From: a virus
DNA length: 64,000 nt
IMG/VR virus record: IMGVR_UViG_3300027733_000001
Direction: 5' to 3' (one strand)
In this document: in pieces, positions 39,009-48,744 of the stretch
How the letters are laid out: each line of letters opens with the position of its first letter
How positions within the stretch are numbered: the stretch's first letter is position 1
Notes under the pieces: model-generated
Told to the model about the DNA's origin: nothing
Database searches by the model: none
What the model saw: only the letters and a program-made list of their open reading frames with translations
Position numbers and translations under genes: made by a program

Positions 39009-39443
39009 TTAGCCTGCACTCAGCTGCAAGAATTCAATAGTCACATTGTCCATGACTGTAAGACTTTCTGCCTCTGCCTGGATAGAGAACTGAGACACGA
39101 TACAACCCGAGGCTGTATATGTGCTGGATGCACCTCTGTCGCATCCTCCGGCAAGCTGCAGTGTGATAGTGCCCGGCAAACAGGCCTGCCATCCTGGAGC
39201 AGAGAACAAACCAGCGCTGTCTGTAGTCAAAAGGCGCTGGATAGAAATTTGACCGTTAGGCATAGCTGCCCAAATAACAGCTGCCTTGTTACCGATAGTA
39301 CGGCGGCGATTAACCTGCTGAGCATAGGTAACAGATACCTGAATAGCTCCGGTTACGACCTGCCCCCAAATGAGTGTGGCCTTGTCGGCTGTAATCGGCG
39401 TGGCCGGTGTGTATGCATTAAATCCAAATACGTCGTTTGCCAT
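39009..39443 (-). CDS. tail tube protein
   Basis: 144 aa, IQVSVTYAQQVNRRRTIG pattern, downstream of the sheath gene. Confidence 0.8.
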   Translation of the reverse strand: MANDVFGFNAYTPATPITADKATLIWGQVVTGAIQVSVTYAQQVNRRRTIGNKAAVIWAAMPNGQISIQRLLTTDSAGLFSAPGWQACLPGTITLQLAGGCDRGASSTYTASGCIVSQFSIQAEAESLTVMDNVTIEFLQLSAG

Positions 39444-39471
39444 ATATTTTTATGTGTTGTTTGTTTTTACT

Positions 39472-39500
39472 ATTATAACCAAGATAAACCAAAGGCGCAA
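39472..39500 (-). promoter_or_regulatory. sigma70-like promoter
   Basis: TTGCGC-N17-TATAAT upstream of the tube gene. Confidence 0.6.
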
Positions 39501-39513
39501 TATTCCAGATAAA

Positions 39514-39717
39514 CTATTTTAGTAGCCCTAGAGCTGTAGCTATTTCGTTAAAATTAGGGTCTTCTCCTTTGGTGTACCTTATCCAGCCTTTGCCGTCTCC
39601 CACAATACGATAGATCACGTTGGGTTTACCGTCATCTGAGTATATGAGAATGCCTGTAGCTTTATCGGTATCTAACAGTAACGGCTCTCTAAAATCCCCA
39701 GTGACGACAACTTTCAT
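39514..39717 (-). CDS. small hypothetical protein
   Basis: Likely start MKVVVTGDFREP at 39717, coupled to the upstream stop. Confidence 0.65.
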   Translation of the reverse strand: MKVVVTGDFREPLLLDTDKATGILIYSDDGKPNVIYRIVGDGKGWIRYTKGEDPNFNEIATALGLLK

Positions 39718-39718
39718 A

Positions 39719-39958
39719 CTATAACTGAATCTTTTTAGCTGCAGTCTCCATATCACTATGAACCAAGTGCTGTTTGAGTAGGTCCGTCAAGGCAGCTAGG
39801 TTATCAGGAGATTGGTTATGTTGCTCCTCATCCAGATCTTTAAACATTGCTTGCGCTCCTGGATATTCCATAGCTCGCTTGAGTATGTGGACTCCCTGTT
39901 GTTCGGAGAGTCCACATTCCTCAGCGTATTTTATGAAACCCGCCTCGAAAGAGTTCAT
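39719..39958 (-). CDS. small K-x-A motif protein
   Basis: MNSFEAGFIKYAEECGLSE, the same module as in the 48745 ORF. Confidence 0.7.
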   Translation of the reverse strand: MNSFEAGFIKYAEECGLSEQQGVHILKRAMEYPGAQAMFKDLDEEQHNQSPDNLAALTDLLKQHLVHSDMETAAKKIQL

Positions 39959-39960
39959 AA

Positions 39961-42840
39961 TTAGACTCCACCGATAAGCTTCAATGTGAGGTAATTCAGC
40001 GGGTAAGGGAGATGCAATCTAACCGACACATTCACCTTATCTTTGCTGACCGGGTCAGTATCGAGGCTCAAGATGTCTGAAGGACTGAAGCTAGTGAGCT
40101 GATTACCTGCACGCACAGTCGCTGTACTGGTAGCTCTATAGTTCAACTCTTCTGTAATAGCTGCACGAATCACTGCGAGGTTTTCTACGTTAATGTTGTA
40201 GCGTCCTACGAAAGGAGCCAACACGTCACGCAGAGCGTAACTCATACTGTCCACATTCGTAGTGATAGAATCTTCCGAGGTATTCAAGCTAGACTCATCT
40301 GTAGTGAGCTGATGTCTAACATACGGAGTACTGCCGATAACAGACTGAGTAATGAGCCAGATACCTGCAGCGGCCATAGTGTCGAGCTCATCCTGACCAA
40401 ACTCAATAACCACTTTGCTGAGGTCGTAGGCACCAAGGAACTCACTGTTAGTTAAGCCCTGGTGAGGTACGACACCCGAACGGAGGCCGGCCAGTGCTGC
40501 AGCTGCAACATAGCCAGGCTTGGACACACCCTTGCTGTCCTTGTAATAGTCAGGAAACACCACGCGAACGCGGCGATTATTGTATCCTCCACCGATTCCT
40601 GCGATGTTGCGCGCACGTTCAGCTTTGGTGTAGCTACGCACGAGCTGGACCTTCACAGAAGTGTAGGTCTGCGGGGTCGGTGTAGCGATAACGAAAGTAG
40701 TGTTGGTTACAACATGATCGACCAGATATTCATCATAAACAGGTACACCGTCAGCGTTGATGGTGAAATTAATACGCATCATGTCGTTAGGGCGGAGTTT
40801 AGTTCCACCAAACCCGTCACTTGCTAAGAAATCTGCACCTGGGACAGTAACGTAAGTTAGCTGCGTACCTAAAGCTGCAGGATTGGCTGCAACTGTAGCT
40901 GTATAGTCTGCGCCATTAGCTTTGAGGTTGTATGTAACGGCAGTAGGTTCGTCTTTGACTCCTAACCAAGCAATTCTCCAGCGGGCCACTTCAGGCGTAC
41001 TGAAAGCATTTACGTGAGACACCACAGCTTCCTGAATTTCTCTATCGAAAGTCATGGGGACAAAGCTATAAACCTTATCACTCTTTTCGGCGATCTTCAA
41101 AGCAGCTAAATAACCATCCAGATCATCTGTGGCTACAGAAATGAAATAAACGCGCTGATTGGTAGAGTTTAAAACTGCATCATATACGCCCTGAGCGATA
41201 GGGTTATCTGGATCAATAGTATTCAGCTTAGATGTAACATCTGAAGCACTATCAACATAATTAATAGCGTTGACGTTGTCCTGAAGCAAATCGCGATGTT
41301 CAACATACAGATCACCAGAAACAATCGGCAAGCGTGCAGGAAGCGCACTCGCAACCAACTTAGAATCGTAGGTTGTGATACCTGCCTTAATAGTGATTTG
41401 ATTTGCGTTCTGTACCCAGTTCTTGGTCTGGTAGAGCTGACTACGCACAGCTGGGACACTGACAGAAGTCTGCTGCAAATATAGTTTAGAGGACAAGGAA
41501 TTCTTGGCCGCTAAAATTGTAGCGTTTGTAATTGTTTCTGCCAGCACAACTGTCTTCACTGCGCCTGCTGCAGAAGCGGTAGCAGCAATATAATAAACAT
41601 CACCCTTAATCAGGGCGTTATTTGAACCATTCACAATGCTGCCTGCGGTAAACTTAGCACTGACACCGAAGCTACCAATGCTGAACACTGTATCTTTCTG
41701 AGGAAGCACAACTGTCTGTGTGTCCAGTGCAGAACCTGTGATGATAAGGCGGGCGCAGGTGTCGGCGTTTGTGGTGTCGTAAAGGGCACCACCACGATCA
41801 ACAACCAGACTGTAGACCATGTCTGTGGGTCCTGTGAATGTGCCGGACTTAACTAACGTAGAGGACGTAACAGGTACCACAGCTGCAGTTACGGTTACTG
41901 TCCAAGAAGAGCCATAAACAAATGCTCCTGTAGCTGAAGAGAAGTCGATCTTGACGCTATTTGTTCCAACGCTTTCGACAGAATTGTCGAGAGTCAATAC
42001 GCCCGAAACCAGAGCCTGATCTGTTTTTGTGGCGAAGGCCCCATTCGCAGAACTGATAGAGAACCTGCAGGTGGTCTTATCTCCTGCCCCTGAAGCTGTA
42101 GTGACTGTAACAGTATATGTATCCGCAGTAATACCTTTGGAGGCATAGCCATAATAAGCGTTAGCTGCAGAGACATAGGTAGGTGTAACATTGGTGTTGC
42201 TACCAGAAGACGCAACATAGGTAGGACCTGTATGTGCAGAAGTTAAGGTGCCTACGTTGGTAGATGCAGATGTGGCGTTGGCAATAGAAGAAGCAGTTAC
42301 ATCGGCAATCAGTTCAGTGATTCTAGCGCGAACTGTGCTAGATCCGCCGAGCACATCGATATAATCACCCACCTGCACATCGCGACCATAAAACTCTGTA
42401 GATCTAGAGTAGCCTGAAGTGGACTTAAGAACAGCGTTGGTGAATCTTACACGATTAGGGTAATAGACTCCAGAACCCGTGAAAGTCTCGATAAGAGTAA
42501 CTGTATCGTGACCTACAGTAACTCCAAGTTCAGCGTTCGGGAAATACTGAGCGATGGCGTTTTCGACGTAAACTTTAGTATATGTAGGATCTACAGCACC
42601 ACCAAGAGGAATGTTAGGAATGTCGTAGTTTGTATCTACAGCATATTGATAAGCATTGGCTGTAGTGATTGCCACACCGTTGAACAGTGTTGGGGCAGTT
42701 GTGAGCTTCTCTGCATCCACACTATAGCGAGCCAGATGATAATGTGGCCCGATAATGAACGCAGCCAAAGCGCGTGTGCTGTAGACTGGAAGCTGCTCGA
42801 ACTCCTGCTGAATCTGAACTCTGGGTGTGATGTAAGACAT
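39961..42840 (-). CDS. tail sheath protein
   Basis: C-terminal AAALAGLRSGVVPHQGLTN...YVRHQLTT...VRLHLPYPLNYL; RBS GAGG; 959 aa with a beta-rich insertion. Confidence 0.9.
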   Translation of the reverse strand: MSYITPRVQIQQEFEQLPVYSTRALAAFIIGPHYHLARYSVDAEKLTTAPTLFNGVAITTANAYQYAVDTNYDIPNIPLGGAVDPTYTKVYVENAIAQYFPNAELGVTVGHDTVTLIETFTGSGVYYPNRVRFTNAVLKSTSGYSRSTEFYGRDVQVGDYIDVLGGSSTVRARITELIADVTASSIANATSASTNVGTLTSAHTGPTYVASSGSNTNVTPTYVSAANAYYGYASKGITADTYTVTVTTASGAGDKTTCRFSISSANGAFATKTDQALVSGVLTLDNSVESVGTNSVKIDFSSATGAFVYGSSWTVTVTAAVVPVTSSTLVKSGTFTGPTDMVYSLVVDRGGALYDTTNADTCARLIITGSALDTQTVVLPQKDTVFSIGSFGVSAKFTAGSIVNGSNNALIKGDVYYIAATASAAGAVKTVVLAETITNATILAAKNSLSSKLYLQQTSVSVPAVRSQLYQTKNWVQNANQITIKAGITTYDSKLVASALPARLPIVSGDLYVEHRDLLQDNVNAINYVDSASDVTSKLNTIDPDNPIAQGVYDAVLNSTNQRVYFISVATDDLDGYLAALKIAEKSDKVYSFVPMTFDREIQEAVVSHVNAFSTPEVARWRIAWLGVKDEPTAVTYNLKANGADYTATVAANPAALGTQLTYVTVPGADFLASDGFGGTKLRPNDMMRINFTINADGVPVYDEYLVDHVVTNTTFVIATPTPQTYTSVKVQLVRSYTKAERARNIAGIGGGYNNRRVRVVFPDYYKDSKGVSKPGYVAAAALAGLRSGVVPHQGLTNSEFLGAYDLSKVVIEFGQDELDTMAAAGIWLITQSVIGSTPYVRHQLTTDESSLNTSEDSITTNVDSMSYALRDVLAPFVGRYNINVENLAVIRAAITEELNYRATSTATVRAGNQLTSFSPSDILSLDTDPVSKDKVNVSVRLHLPYPLNYLTLKLIGGV

Positions 42841-42868
42841 ATGGTTATTATTCCTCTAATTTGTATTA

Positions 42869-42897
42869 AGTTTAGTTGAAATTCTGACTGATGGCAA
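42869..42897 (-). promoter_or_regulatory. sigma70-like promoter
   Basis: TTGCCA-N17-TAAACT upstream of the sheath gene. Confidence 0.5.
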
Positions 42898-42912
42898 TTC
42901 TTTTTAGAACAT

Positions 42913-43593
42913 TTATTGACCTAACAACTGACTAGTCATGCAGTTTGTGAACACTGCGTACGAGACAGTCTTAAGCTTCAAATCATCCCCCTTAATCACT
43001 GCCCCCATGTCAAATACTGACTGTAGTAGGACATTAACTACGAAGTGATCTTTACTCTCTAAGTATAATGTAGGTTCGCTTAGCGATACCAGCTTTAATT
43101 GGCGCAAACAAAAGTCATTTTTTATAACTTCTTGATAGCGTAAGAAGACCTTGAAAACATACTCTGCAAGCTGTTCTGTAAAGCCTACGTTGGTAGCAAC
43201 AACAGCAAGATTCACAGGCATCTCCAGCATGGCATATCTTGACTTCTCCGACTCCTTGGGATTGCTACCTATCAGCTGGTTGAGAGTGGGAAATCTGAAA
43301 GTTGTTTCGCCTCTAGAAACGTATATGCCTGGTCTTTTCTGGATAACTGTATCTTTATAATGATAAGCTATTTCTAAAGAAATATCTGACTCTAAATCGT
43401 CTGGATTATATTTCTGAGTAAATGCATACCCTTCGTTTTGCGGAGGGTTTGCGGTCATGTAGTTCTTCAGAACCTCATAACAGATATTTTGCACCGTCCA
43501 AGGGGTCAATACCATTTCATGCGCATCTCTCGCATCCCATTCTCTTTCCTGAGGTGTAGGTTCAATGCCTGGCGTACAAAGCAACGTAGTCAT
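42913..43593 (-). CDS. tail terminator/completion protein
   Basis: KRPGIYVSRGE pattern; last neck gene before the sheath. Confidence 0.6.
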   Translation of the reverse strand: MTTLLCTPGIEPTPQEREWDARDAHEMVLTPWTVQNICYEVLKNYMTANPPQNEGYAFTQKYNPDDLESDISLEIAYHYKDTVIQKRPGIYVSRGETTFRFPTLNQLIGSNPKESEKSRYAMLEMPVNLAVVATNVGFTEQLAEYVFKVFLRYQEVIKNDFCLRQLKLVSLSEPTLYLESKDHFVVNVLLQSVFDMGAVIKGDDLKLKTVSYAVFTNCMTSQLLGQ

Positions 43594-43597
43594 ATAG

Positions 43598-44416
43598 CTA
43601 GACTGGAATAGGGATGGGTATGCTGTAGGTCGAATCTGTGTTAGGTATCAGATTGATTGTTGCACGTTGCGTTAGAGTGATATTTGTTCCTGGGAACTGC
43701 TTGGCGCCTCTTGACTGAACGCTATACCTATAGCCGTCTCGTGCTTCACATATAATATCTCTTACTTCAATGATAGGATAGCCTGGCAGGCGTATTTGAG
43801 ATACATAGTTTTCTTTAACTCCAAGACCATGAGGGTCGAGCTGTTTGTCTTGTGTAGAATTATCTACATAGAATAGACACGGAACAGGTGCGAAATATCC
43901 TCCGTCTACACCCACCCCATAGTCTTCATTCTTTGTATCTGCTATAGGTACGCCTGAGACAGGATCTACATATTTTGAAGTAGAGGCGCTCCTTGTGCCG
44001 TAGGACTTTCTGCGTAACAACCAACCTTCTGTACCTACATACCTAGCTAGAAGTATTTCTTTCCTAGTTATTTCTGCAGCCATCGCATATTTGCGGGCGT
44101 CATGTCTGGTAGAACCAAACAGGACAGGCTGGGAATAGTATTTCTTACCGTTAGCTGTAGTAAGCCTTATCCTGTACAGATAATTGGGTGTCCAAGACTG
44201 TTTGATTTTTGTATCGTCTACAGCAAAAAACACATCGCCCAGATTGTCTTTAACTGCCGCTATTTCTGAAAAATCTATAGTTTCAGATATTTCTAGCGCA
44301 AAGTTATATGGTCTAGTTCCTCTAAAAAAAGGATCTAGCTGCCATTGTATAAAATGCCCTCGTACCCAGTCGGGTATTACATCAATTTTTCTAAAGACTT
44401 TTCTAGGATCGTACAT
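43598..44416 (-). CDS. neck/head-closure protein
   Basis: Synteny in the neck module; GxxGGYFxP motif. Confidence 0.5.
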   Translation of the reverse strand: MYDPRKVFRKIDVIPDWVRGHFIQWQLDPFFRGTRPYNFALEISETIDFSEIAAVKDNLGDVFFAVDDTKIKQSWTPNYLYRIRLTTANGKKYYSQPVLFGSTRHDARKYAMAAEITRKEILLARYVGTEGWLLRRKSYGTRSASTSKYVDPVSGVPIADTKNEDYGVGVDGGYFAPVPCLFYVDNSTQDKQLDPHGLGVKENYVSQIRLPGYPIIEVRDIICEARDGYRYSVQSRGAKQFPGTNITLTQRATINLIPNTDSTYSIPIPIPV

Positions 44417-44564
44417 CTTGGTTCCAGTTGACCAGCTTTTTAAGCTTTCTACGTTGTCTGTAGAAAGTTCTCTTCAACTTAAAAGTAGTCTTATGCTTAA
44501 GGGTAGAGATTAACTCTCCTAGCGTATTAAGCTGCTGCGTTAATGATTGTTGTTGCTGACTCAT
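44403..44564 (-). CDS. small basic protein (53 aa, not in the ORF track)
   Basis: TAATG overlap with the upstream stop: MSQQQQSLTQQLNTLGELISTLKHKTTFKLKRTFYRQRRKLKKLVNWNQDVRS. Confidence 0.55.
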   Translation of the reverse strand: MSQQQQSLTQQLNTLGELISTLKHKTTFKLKRTFYRQRRKLKKLVNWNQDVRS

Positions 44565-45010
44565 TAGTATCGACGTCTGTAGATATATTCCGAGTGCTTG
44601 ACTCCATAGATCTGGGCAATGTTTTGATTCATTTTGATCTGCTGCCCAAGCTCTTTAAATTCCTGCTGCAAATCTTTTGAAAGAGACATGAATATCTGAG
44701 CCTTGTCTTTGTCGTTTACCTGTACCCCGTCCGCTGCGTATGTAAGCTGATTGGCTGCCTCGTTGATAGAGCTAGAGCGCAGTAGATAGGCGGCTGTACC
44801 CAAAAGTAGCAGTGAGCGGTATGGAAAGTTTTCCAGACTATACATCGTACCTATAGGCGGATTCATCAAGTTATAGTAATCTACAGTATTGATCATTGCC
44901 TGCTCGATCATTTCTGGAGTGAACCTAATACCTAACAGCAAAGTATTCAATTCTTCTCTGTCCTGCAAAAACAGCCTAACCTCTTCACTAGTTAATATAG
45001 GGCTAGCCAT
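44564..45010 (-). CDS. head-tail adaptor protein
   Basis: Helical 148 aa, AANQLTYAADGVQVNDKDK pattern, first conserved gene after the capsid gene. Confidence 0.6.
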   Translation of the reverse strand: MASPILTSEEVRLFLQDREELNTLLLGIRFTPEMIEQAMINTVDYYNLMNPPIGTMYSLENFPYRSLLLLGTAAYLLRSSSINEAANQLTYAADGVQVNDKDKAQIFMSLSKDLQQEFKELGQQIKMNQNIAQIYGVKHSEYIYRRRY

Positions 45011-45013
45011 AAT

Positions 45014-45385
45014 TTATTTTTTTGTAGAAGGATTGAAGCTTGTGGCCTTCATCGGTTTGCTTGTGTTTGTGCTAGGTTTTGGAGTCTGAGTAGGTGCGTA
45101 ATTATTAGCCTGCGGTAACCCACCTATCCTAGGAGGACTAGCGGAGACTACGGTAGGAGATACTAGCGATGAGGTTTGATTTTGGTTTGTGGCGGTAGTG
45201 GGCGCCTGCATTTGAGGTGCAGCAGTTATGGTTGTGGCTGCTGGGGGTTGCTGCACCTTAGGTATTGCTGCCGCTGTTGGAGTTTGTTGTGCTCCTGACA
45301 TTACTGAGGGTGCCGGAGCTTGCACCACTACCGCAGACTTCTCAAGAAAAGCTGTAAACTCCGCCAATATATTATCGCTACTCAT
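45014..45385 (-). CDS. Pro/Thr-rich K-x-A protein
   Basis: Probable start ATG 45385 (MSSDNILAEFTAFLEKSAV), which coincides with the predicted +1. Confidence 0.65.
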   Translation of the reverse strand: MSSDNILAEFTAFLEKSAVVVQAPAPSVMSGAQQTPTAAAIPKVQQPPAATTITAAPQMQAPTTATNQNQTSSLVSPTVVSASPPRIGGLPQANNYAPTQTPKPSTNTSKPMKATSFNPSTKK

Positions 45386-45391
45386 GTTCAT

Positions 45392-45420
45392 ATTATAAAT
45401 AATAAACTCTACGATATCAA
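45392..45420 (-). promoter_or_regulatory. sigma70-like promoter
   Basis: TTGATA-N17-TATAAT just downstream of the capsid terminator. Confidence 0.65.
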
Positions 45421-45436
45421 GAGCCATGTAGGCAAT

Positions 45437-45464
45437 AAAAAGGGGACCCGAAGGCCCCCTTTTT
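45437..45464 (-). terminator. intrinsic terminator after the major capsid gene
   Basis: GGGGGCC-TTCG-GGTCCCC-TTTTT (cUUCGg loop). Confidence 0.9.
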
Positions 45465-45488
45465 GTTATCTGAGTAGTTATTTAAACC

Positions 45489-46463
45489 TTAGCCGTTGAA
45501 GTCGACCTTCACGACACCCTTCACGTTACCGATGGCAAGTGAGAGGTTCATGTACTGGAAGTATTCCAGGAAGTAGGCTTCATTCTTCATGAACACGGTG
45601 AGCGGCTGCAGTCTGTAGTACTTGCCGAAGAATTCTTCGGAAGAGAACAGGTAGATCACGCCGTCAGGAACGAGATCACGCTTGATCGTGTAGATAGGCT
45701 TCACACCCAAGAGAGTCTTGGAAGGAAGACCGTTTACCCACATTTCCTGTGCGAGATCGCCACCAACTTCGCTACGGCTCATCTTGACGAAATCGTCAGC
45801 AGTAACGTTGTTCATGAGCATCACACCTTTGGTTTCTCCACCATCAGGCTGAGAAGGACCAAAGGGAACCTTAAGGCGCTTGATAACCTTAAAGGCTTCT
45901 GCGACGTTTTCGCGGGTGATGCCGCCAGAGATGCCGACGTGCTGGGGAAGGTTGAGTCCGTTGATGGACACACCGTTCGCCATATTTACAGCGTTCTTCG
46001 TGCCGACGATGCTGTCGACGCGGGCCATGAAACGCGTATCGATTTCAGTTGCGATGTCCTTGGTGGACAACTCAAGCATGATCGCACGGATATCATAGTC
46101 ATAGCTGCGGAGCTGATCGATATCCTTGTTATACTTCGGACTCGTGATGCGAGTGAAGTAGGAAGGATAACGTGTACCATTGAACTGATACATATCAGGC
46201 ACAACACCGAGAGGGATAGTTACTGCAGGGGCAGTATCAGGCTCACGGTCATTCCACTTGACGAGCAGTTCAGGGTTTTCAGCCTTGTCGAGATCATCAT
46301 TAGCGATGTCGATAGGGGTGAGGATTTTTTCAGTGAAGCTTTCTTCACGAAGCTTCATGCGGGTGAAAGACTGCGCGCTGACAGCGGCCTTCTTTTCTTC
46401 ACCAGCCTTTACCATCTCAAGGAAGGTATCATTAAACACTCTCTGATTTGCAATTTTTTCCAT
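45489..46463 (-). CDS. major capsid protein (HK97 fold)
   Basis: 324 aa, strong codon bias, RBS AAGGA, followed by a terminator, downstream of the protease/scaffold/decoration genes. Confidence 0.85.
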   Translation of the reverse strand: MEKIANQRVFNDTFLEMVKAGEEKKAAVSAQSFTRMKLREESFTEKILTPIDIANDDLDKAENPELLVKWNDREPDTAPAVTIPLGVVPDMYQFNGTRYPSYFTRITSPKYNKDIDQLRSYDYDIRAIMLELSTKDIATEIDTRFMARVDSIVGTKNAVNMANGVSINGLNLPQHVGISGGITRENVAEAFKVIKRLKVPFGPSQPDGGETKGVMLMNNVTADDFVKMSRSEVGGDLAQEMWVNGLPSKTLLGVKPIYTIKRDLVPDGVIYLFSSEEFFGKYYRLQPLTVFMKNEAYFLEYFQYMNLSLAIGNVKGVVKVDFNG

Positions 46464-46484
46464 ATAATTATTCCTTGTTTAAAC

Positions 46485-47021
46485 TTAGATAGCCAATTTG
46501 ATGCTGATGACGCTGACGGAGGTCTGGAAGTTACCGGTACCGAATGCGGCGGTTGCTTTGTTTTCAAGGACGTGAGCAGCTTCCACGACCTGACCAATGA
46601 TTTTGGATGTAGGGTCGTTTGCAGTCTGTGCGTCAGCAACAGAAGCACTAGCATCTGTAAGAGCCACAAGCTGACCAGCAGCATTTGTGGTGACATACTG
46701 ACCTACTGTAGGTGTGCCAGTGTACTGATCGGTTTCGATCACGGTAGCGCCGTCAAGGGCATAGATACCGATTTTACCAGATTCGATAACATCGCCAGAT
46801 GTGCTGCTGTTGATAGCGATACCATAGACAGCGCCAGAGGCCAAGTTACCTAAACCTGATGTAATTGTGCCGCCGGAACCATTGCTGAATCCGCGATAGG
46901 CCAAACCATCAGCTGCACTAATTCTAACTACCATACCAGCCGTGATAGACTCAGGGCCGACAGGTGCCACGTAGTTTGTCTGATGCAAACTAAGGGCAGA
47001 TCCTTTTTTGAAATTAATCAT
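46485..47021 (-). CDS. capsid decoration/cement protein
   Basis: ITAGMVVRI...IETDQYTGTPTVGQYVTTNAAGQLV...IIGQV beta-tulip-like pattern; RBS AAGGAG; directly before the capsid gene. Confidence 0.7.
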   Translation of the reverse strand: MINFKKGSALSLHQTNYVAPVGPESITAGMVVRISAADGLAYRGFSNGSGGTITSGLGNLASGAVYGIAINSSTSGDVIESGKIGIYALDGATVIETDQYTGTPTVGQYVTTNAAGQLVALTDASASVADAQTANDPTSKIIGQVVEAAHVLENKATAAFGTGNFQTSVSVISIKLAI

Positions 47022-47126
47022 ACTAAATTACTCCTTATTGTTTTGTTGTTGATTTTGTTTTTGTGCTTCCCACCCCGAGCACCGGCCAAGGTCGTTTCGG
47101 AAATGTTCTGCGAAAGTTATATTAAT

Positions 47127-47155
47127 ATTGTCGGTAAAAAAGCTGCTTTAGTCAA
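47127..47155 (-). promoter_or_regulatory. sigma70-like promoter
   Basis: TTGACT-N17-GACAAT upstream of the decoration/capsid genes. Confidence 0.45.
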
Positions 47156-47163
47156 CAATATTT

Positions 47164-47568
47164 TTAAAATTCATTATCTGTATCCAGCAGATTGTAGTTA
47201 CCTCCAAGACCGAAAGCTCGACGCATGACTGGGTCCTCAGACTGCGTGGAAGATTTGACGGTAGCTACTTTACCCATATAAGCCACATCGGCAGCATTAC
47301 ATACACGTTCAACTACCTGAGCCAAATATTTAGAATCTTCCTTGGCCTTCTTCACAAACAACGACTTTTCTTCTTCGTCGTTAATGAAGTCTGAGTTGTA
47401 CATGGCTTCTGCAGCCTTTTTAAGTACAGCGTCTAATTCACGATCTTCTTGAGCCAAATCTGCAGCTTGTTTAACTTGAATTGAAGTTAGCTTGTGTTGC
47501 AGATCTGTAATTTCTGCTAGAGCAACTTTAACAAACTCTTCAATCTTGTGTAGTGCTTGTTTGGTCAT
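47164..47568 (-). CDS. coiled-coil head protein with K-x-A motifs
   Basis: MTKQAL, FVKVAL, QVKQAA, LKKAAE. Confidence 0.7.
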   Translation of the reverse strand: MTKQALHKIEEFVKVALAEITDLQHKLTSIQVKQAADLAQEDRELDAVLKKAAEAMYNSDFINDEEEKSLFVKKAKEDSKYLAQVVERVCNAADVAYMGKVATVKSSTQSEDPVMRRAFGLGGNYNLLDTDNEF

Positions 47569-47680
47569 TTTTTGCGTTCTCTAAAGTTATTAAACTGGCG
47601 ATGTATTCTAGCACCTTACGTTTATCCTCATCATCAAGATGAGCTAGTGCTTTAACTGACTGTTGCTCCACAGTAGGCAT
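47540..47680 (-). CDS. small protein (46 aa, not in the ORF track)
   Basis: MPTVEQQSVKALAHLDDEDKRKVLEYIASLITLENAKNDQTSTTQD; fills the gap between two head genes. Confidence 0.5.
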   Translation of the reverse strand: MPTVEQQSVKALAHLDDEDKRKVLEYIASLITLENAKNDQTSTTQD

Positions 47681-47701
47681 ATAGTAACTATGGAGCAACA
47701 G
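47660..47701 (-). promoter_or_regulatory. 15-bp hairpin with the start codon of the 46-aa ORF in its loop
   Basis: CTGTTGCTCCATAGT / ACTGTGGAGCAACAG, 12-nt loop containing ATG 47680; no U-tract. Confidence 0.55.
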
Positions 47702-47726
47702 CGGTTAACACAAACACCAATACAAA

Positions 47727-48689
47727 TTACTTAGCGTCGCCTGCGGCGATTTCAGACTTGAGCTTATCCAAGACTGTATCGGCAACAGAAGAAGCCAACT
47801 TGGCCTGATAGGCCTCAGTAGCCTGCTCAGCTTCGGCCTGCTTGAAGAAGCTTTCGTATTCAGCGAGCTTAGCTTTGAGCTGCTCATTTTCTGTGGCTGC
47901 TTCTTCGAGGGCGGCCTGCTTCAAGATGTTTTCAAAATCGGAAGCACCAGCGGCTTCGGCTTGTTCAAGAGCAGCCTGCTTTTCAACGATTTCGTCAAAA
48001 TAAGCATAACCAGCGGCTTCGGCTTCTTCGAGAGCGGCCTGCTTTTCAGTGCCTTCGAGATCTTCAGCAGCCTGAGCGATCAGGATGTCAAAATCACGAC
48101 GACCTGCTTCCTTCATAAGCGCGATGTCTTCAGAATCTTCCTGTGTTCCGGCGGCTTTAAGTAAGGCGGCGCAGAATTGACGACCCAATTCATAAGAAGC
48201 AACCTTGGCGGCAAGGTCTTCAACTTCAGAAGCCTTTTTAGCAGAAGCTAAAGGCTTCGAGGAATCAGTGGAGTCTTTCTGTCCATAATCCTGCTTGTTT
48301 TTGTCGGCTTTCACAGAATTTTTGTCGACCTTTTCCTGTTCATCACTAACGCTTTCTGCGTTGTTTGTGTTAGGTCCACCGTCGACAGAAGACTGAGCTT
48401 CGGCCTGCTTACGGATCAAGTCGAGAATCTCTGCACCGAGATCGCCAGCAGACTTGGTGCTGGAGACAGGCTTAGAGGGGTCGTCGGAGGGTTTCTGATG
48501 ATATCCCTGGGCAACATTCTCAGGACCGACAGAGTTCTTGTTAGTGGTTTCATGCTCGTCACTCACGCTGGTAGGTTTTGTATCAGCGCCTGGAGTACCA
48601 GAAATGTTTTTCTGGGCTTCTTCAGCTTGCTTCTTCACCATACTGTGAAGCTGTGTGAGTACTGCGGCATGTTTAGTTAATTTGGCCAT
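47727..48689 (-). CDS. scaffold-like protein
   Basis: Acidic Ala/Glu/Lys coiled coil with 21-aa repeats (EKQAALEEAEAAG...), RBS AGGAG, more than ten K-x-A sites. Confidence 0.7.
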   Translation of the reverse strand: MAKLTKHAAVLTQLHSMVKKQAEEAQKNISGTPGADTKPTSVSDEHETTNKNSVGPENVAQGYHQKPSDDPSKPVSSTKSAGDLGAEILDLIRKQAEAQSSVDGGPNTNNAESVSDEQEKVDKNSVKADKNKQDYGQKDSTDSSKPLASAKKASEVEDLAAKVASYELGRQFCAALLKAAGTQEDSEDIALMKEAGRRDFDILIAQAAEDLEGTEKQAALEEAEAAGYAYFDEIVEKQAALEQAEAAGASDFENILKQAALEEAATENEQLKAKLAEYESFFKQAEAEQATEAYQAKLASSVADTVLDKLKSEIAAGDAK

Positions 48690-48710
48690 ATTTATCTCCT
48701 AATTTTTTGA

Positions 48711-48739
48711 ATTTTATATTGGGTTAGTGTTGTTGTAAA
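48711..48739 (-). promoter_or_regulatory. sigma70-like promoter
   Basis: TTTACA-N17-TAAAAT. Confidence 0.55.
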
Positions 48740-48744
48740 CTATT

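Noticed and set aside
45939-46853. 304-aa plus-strand ORF
   Set aside because: Antisense shadow of the codon-biased capsid and decoration genes. The many short plus-strand ORFs across 9000-63700 were dismissed for the same reason.
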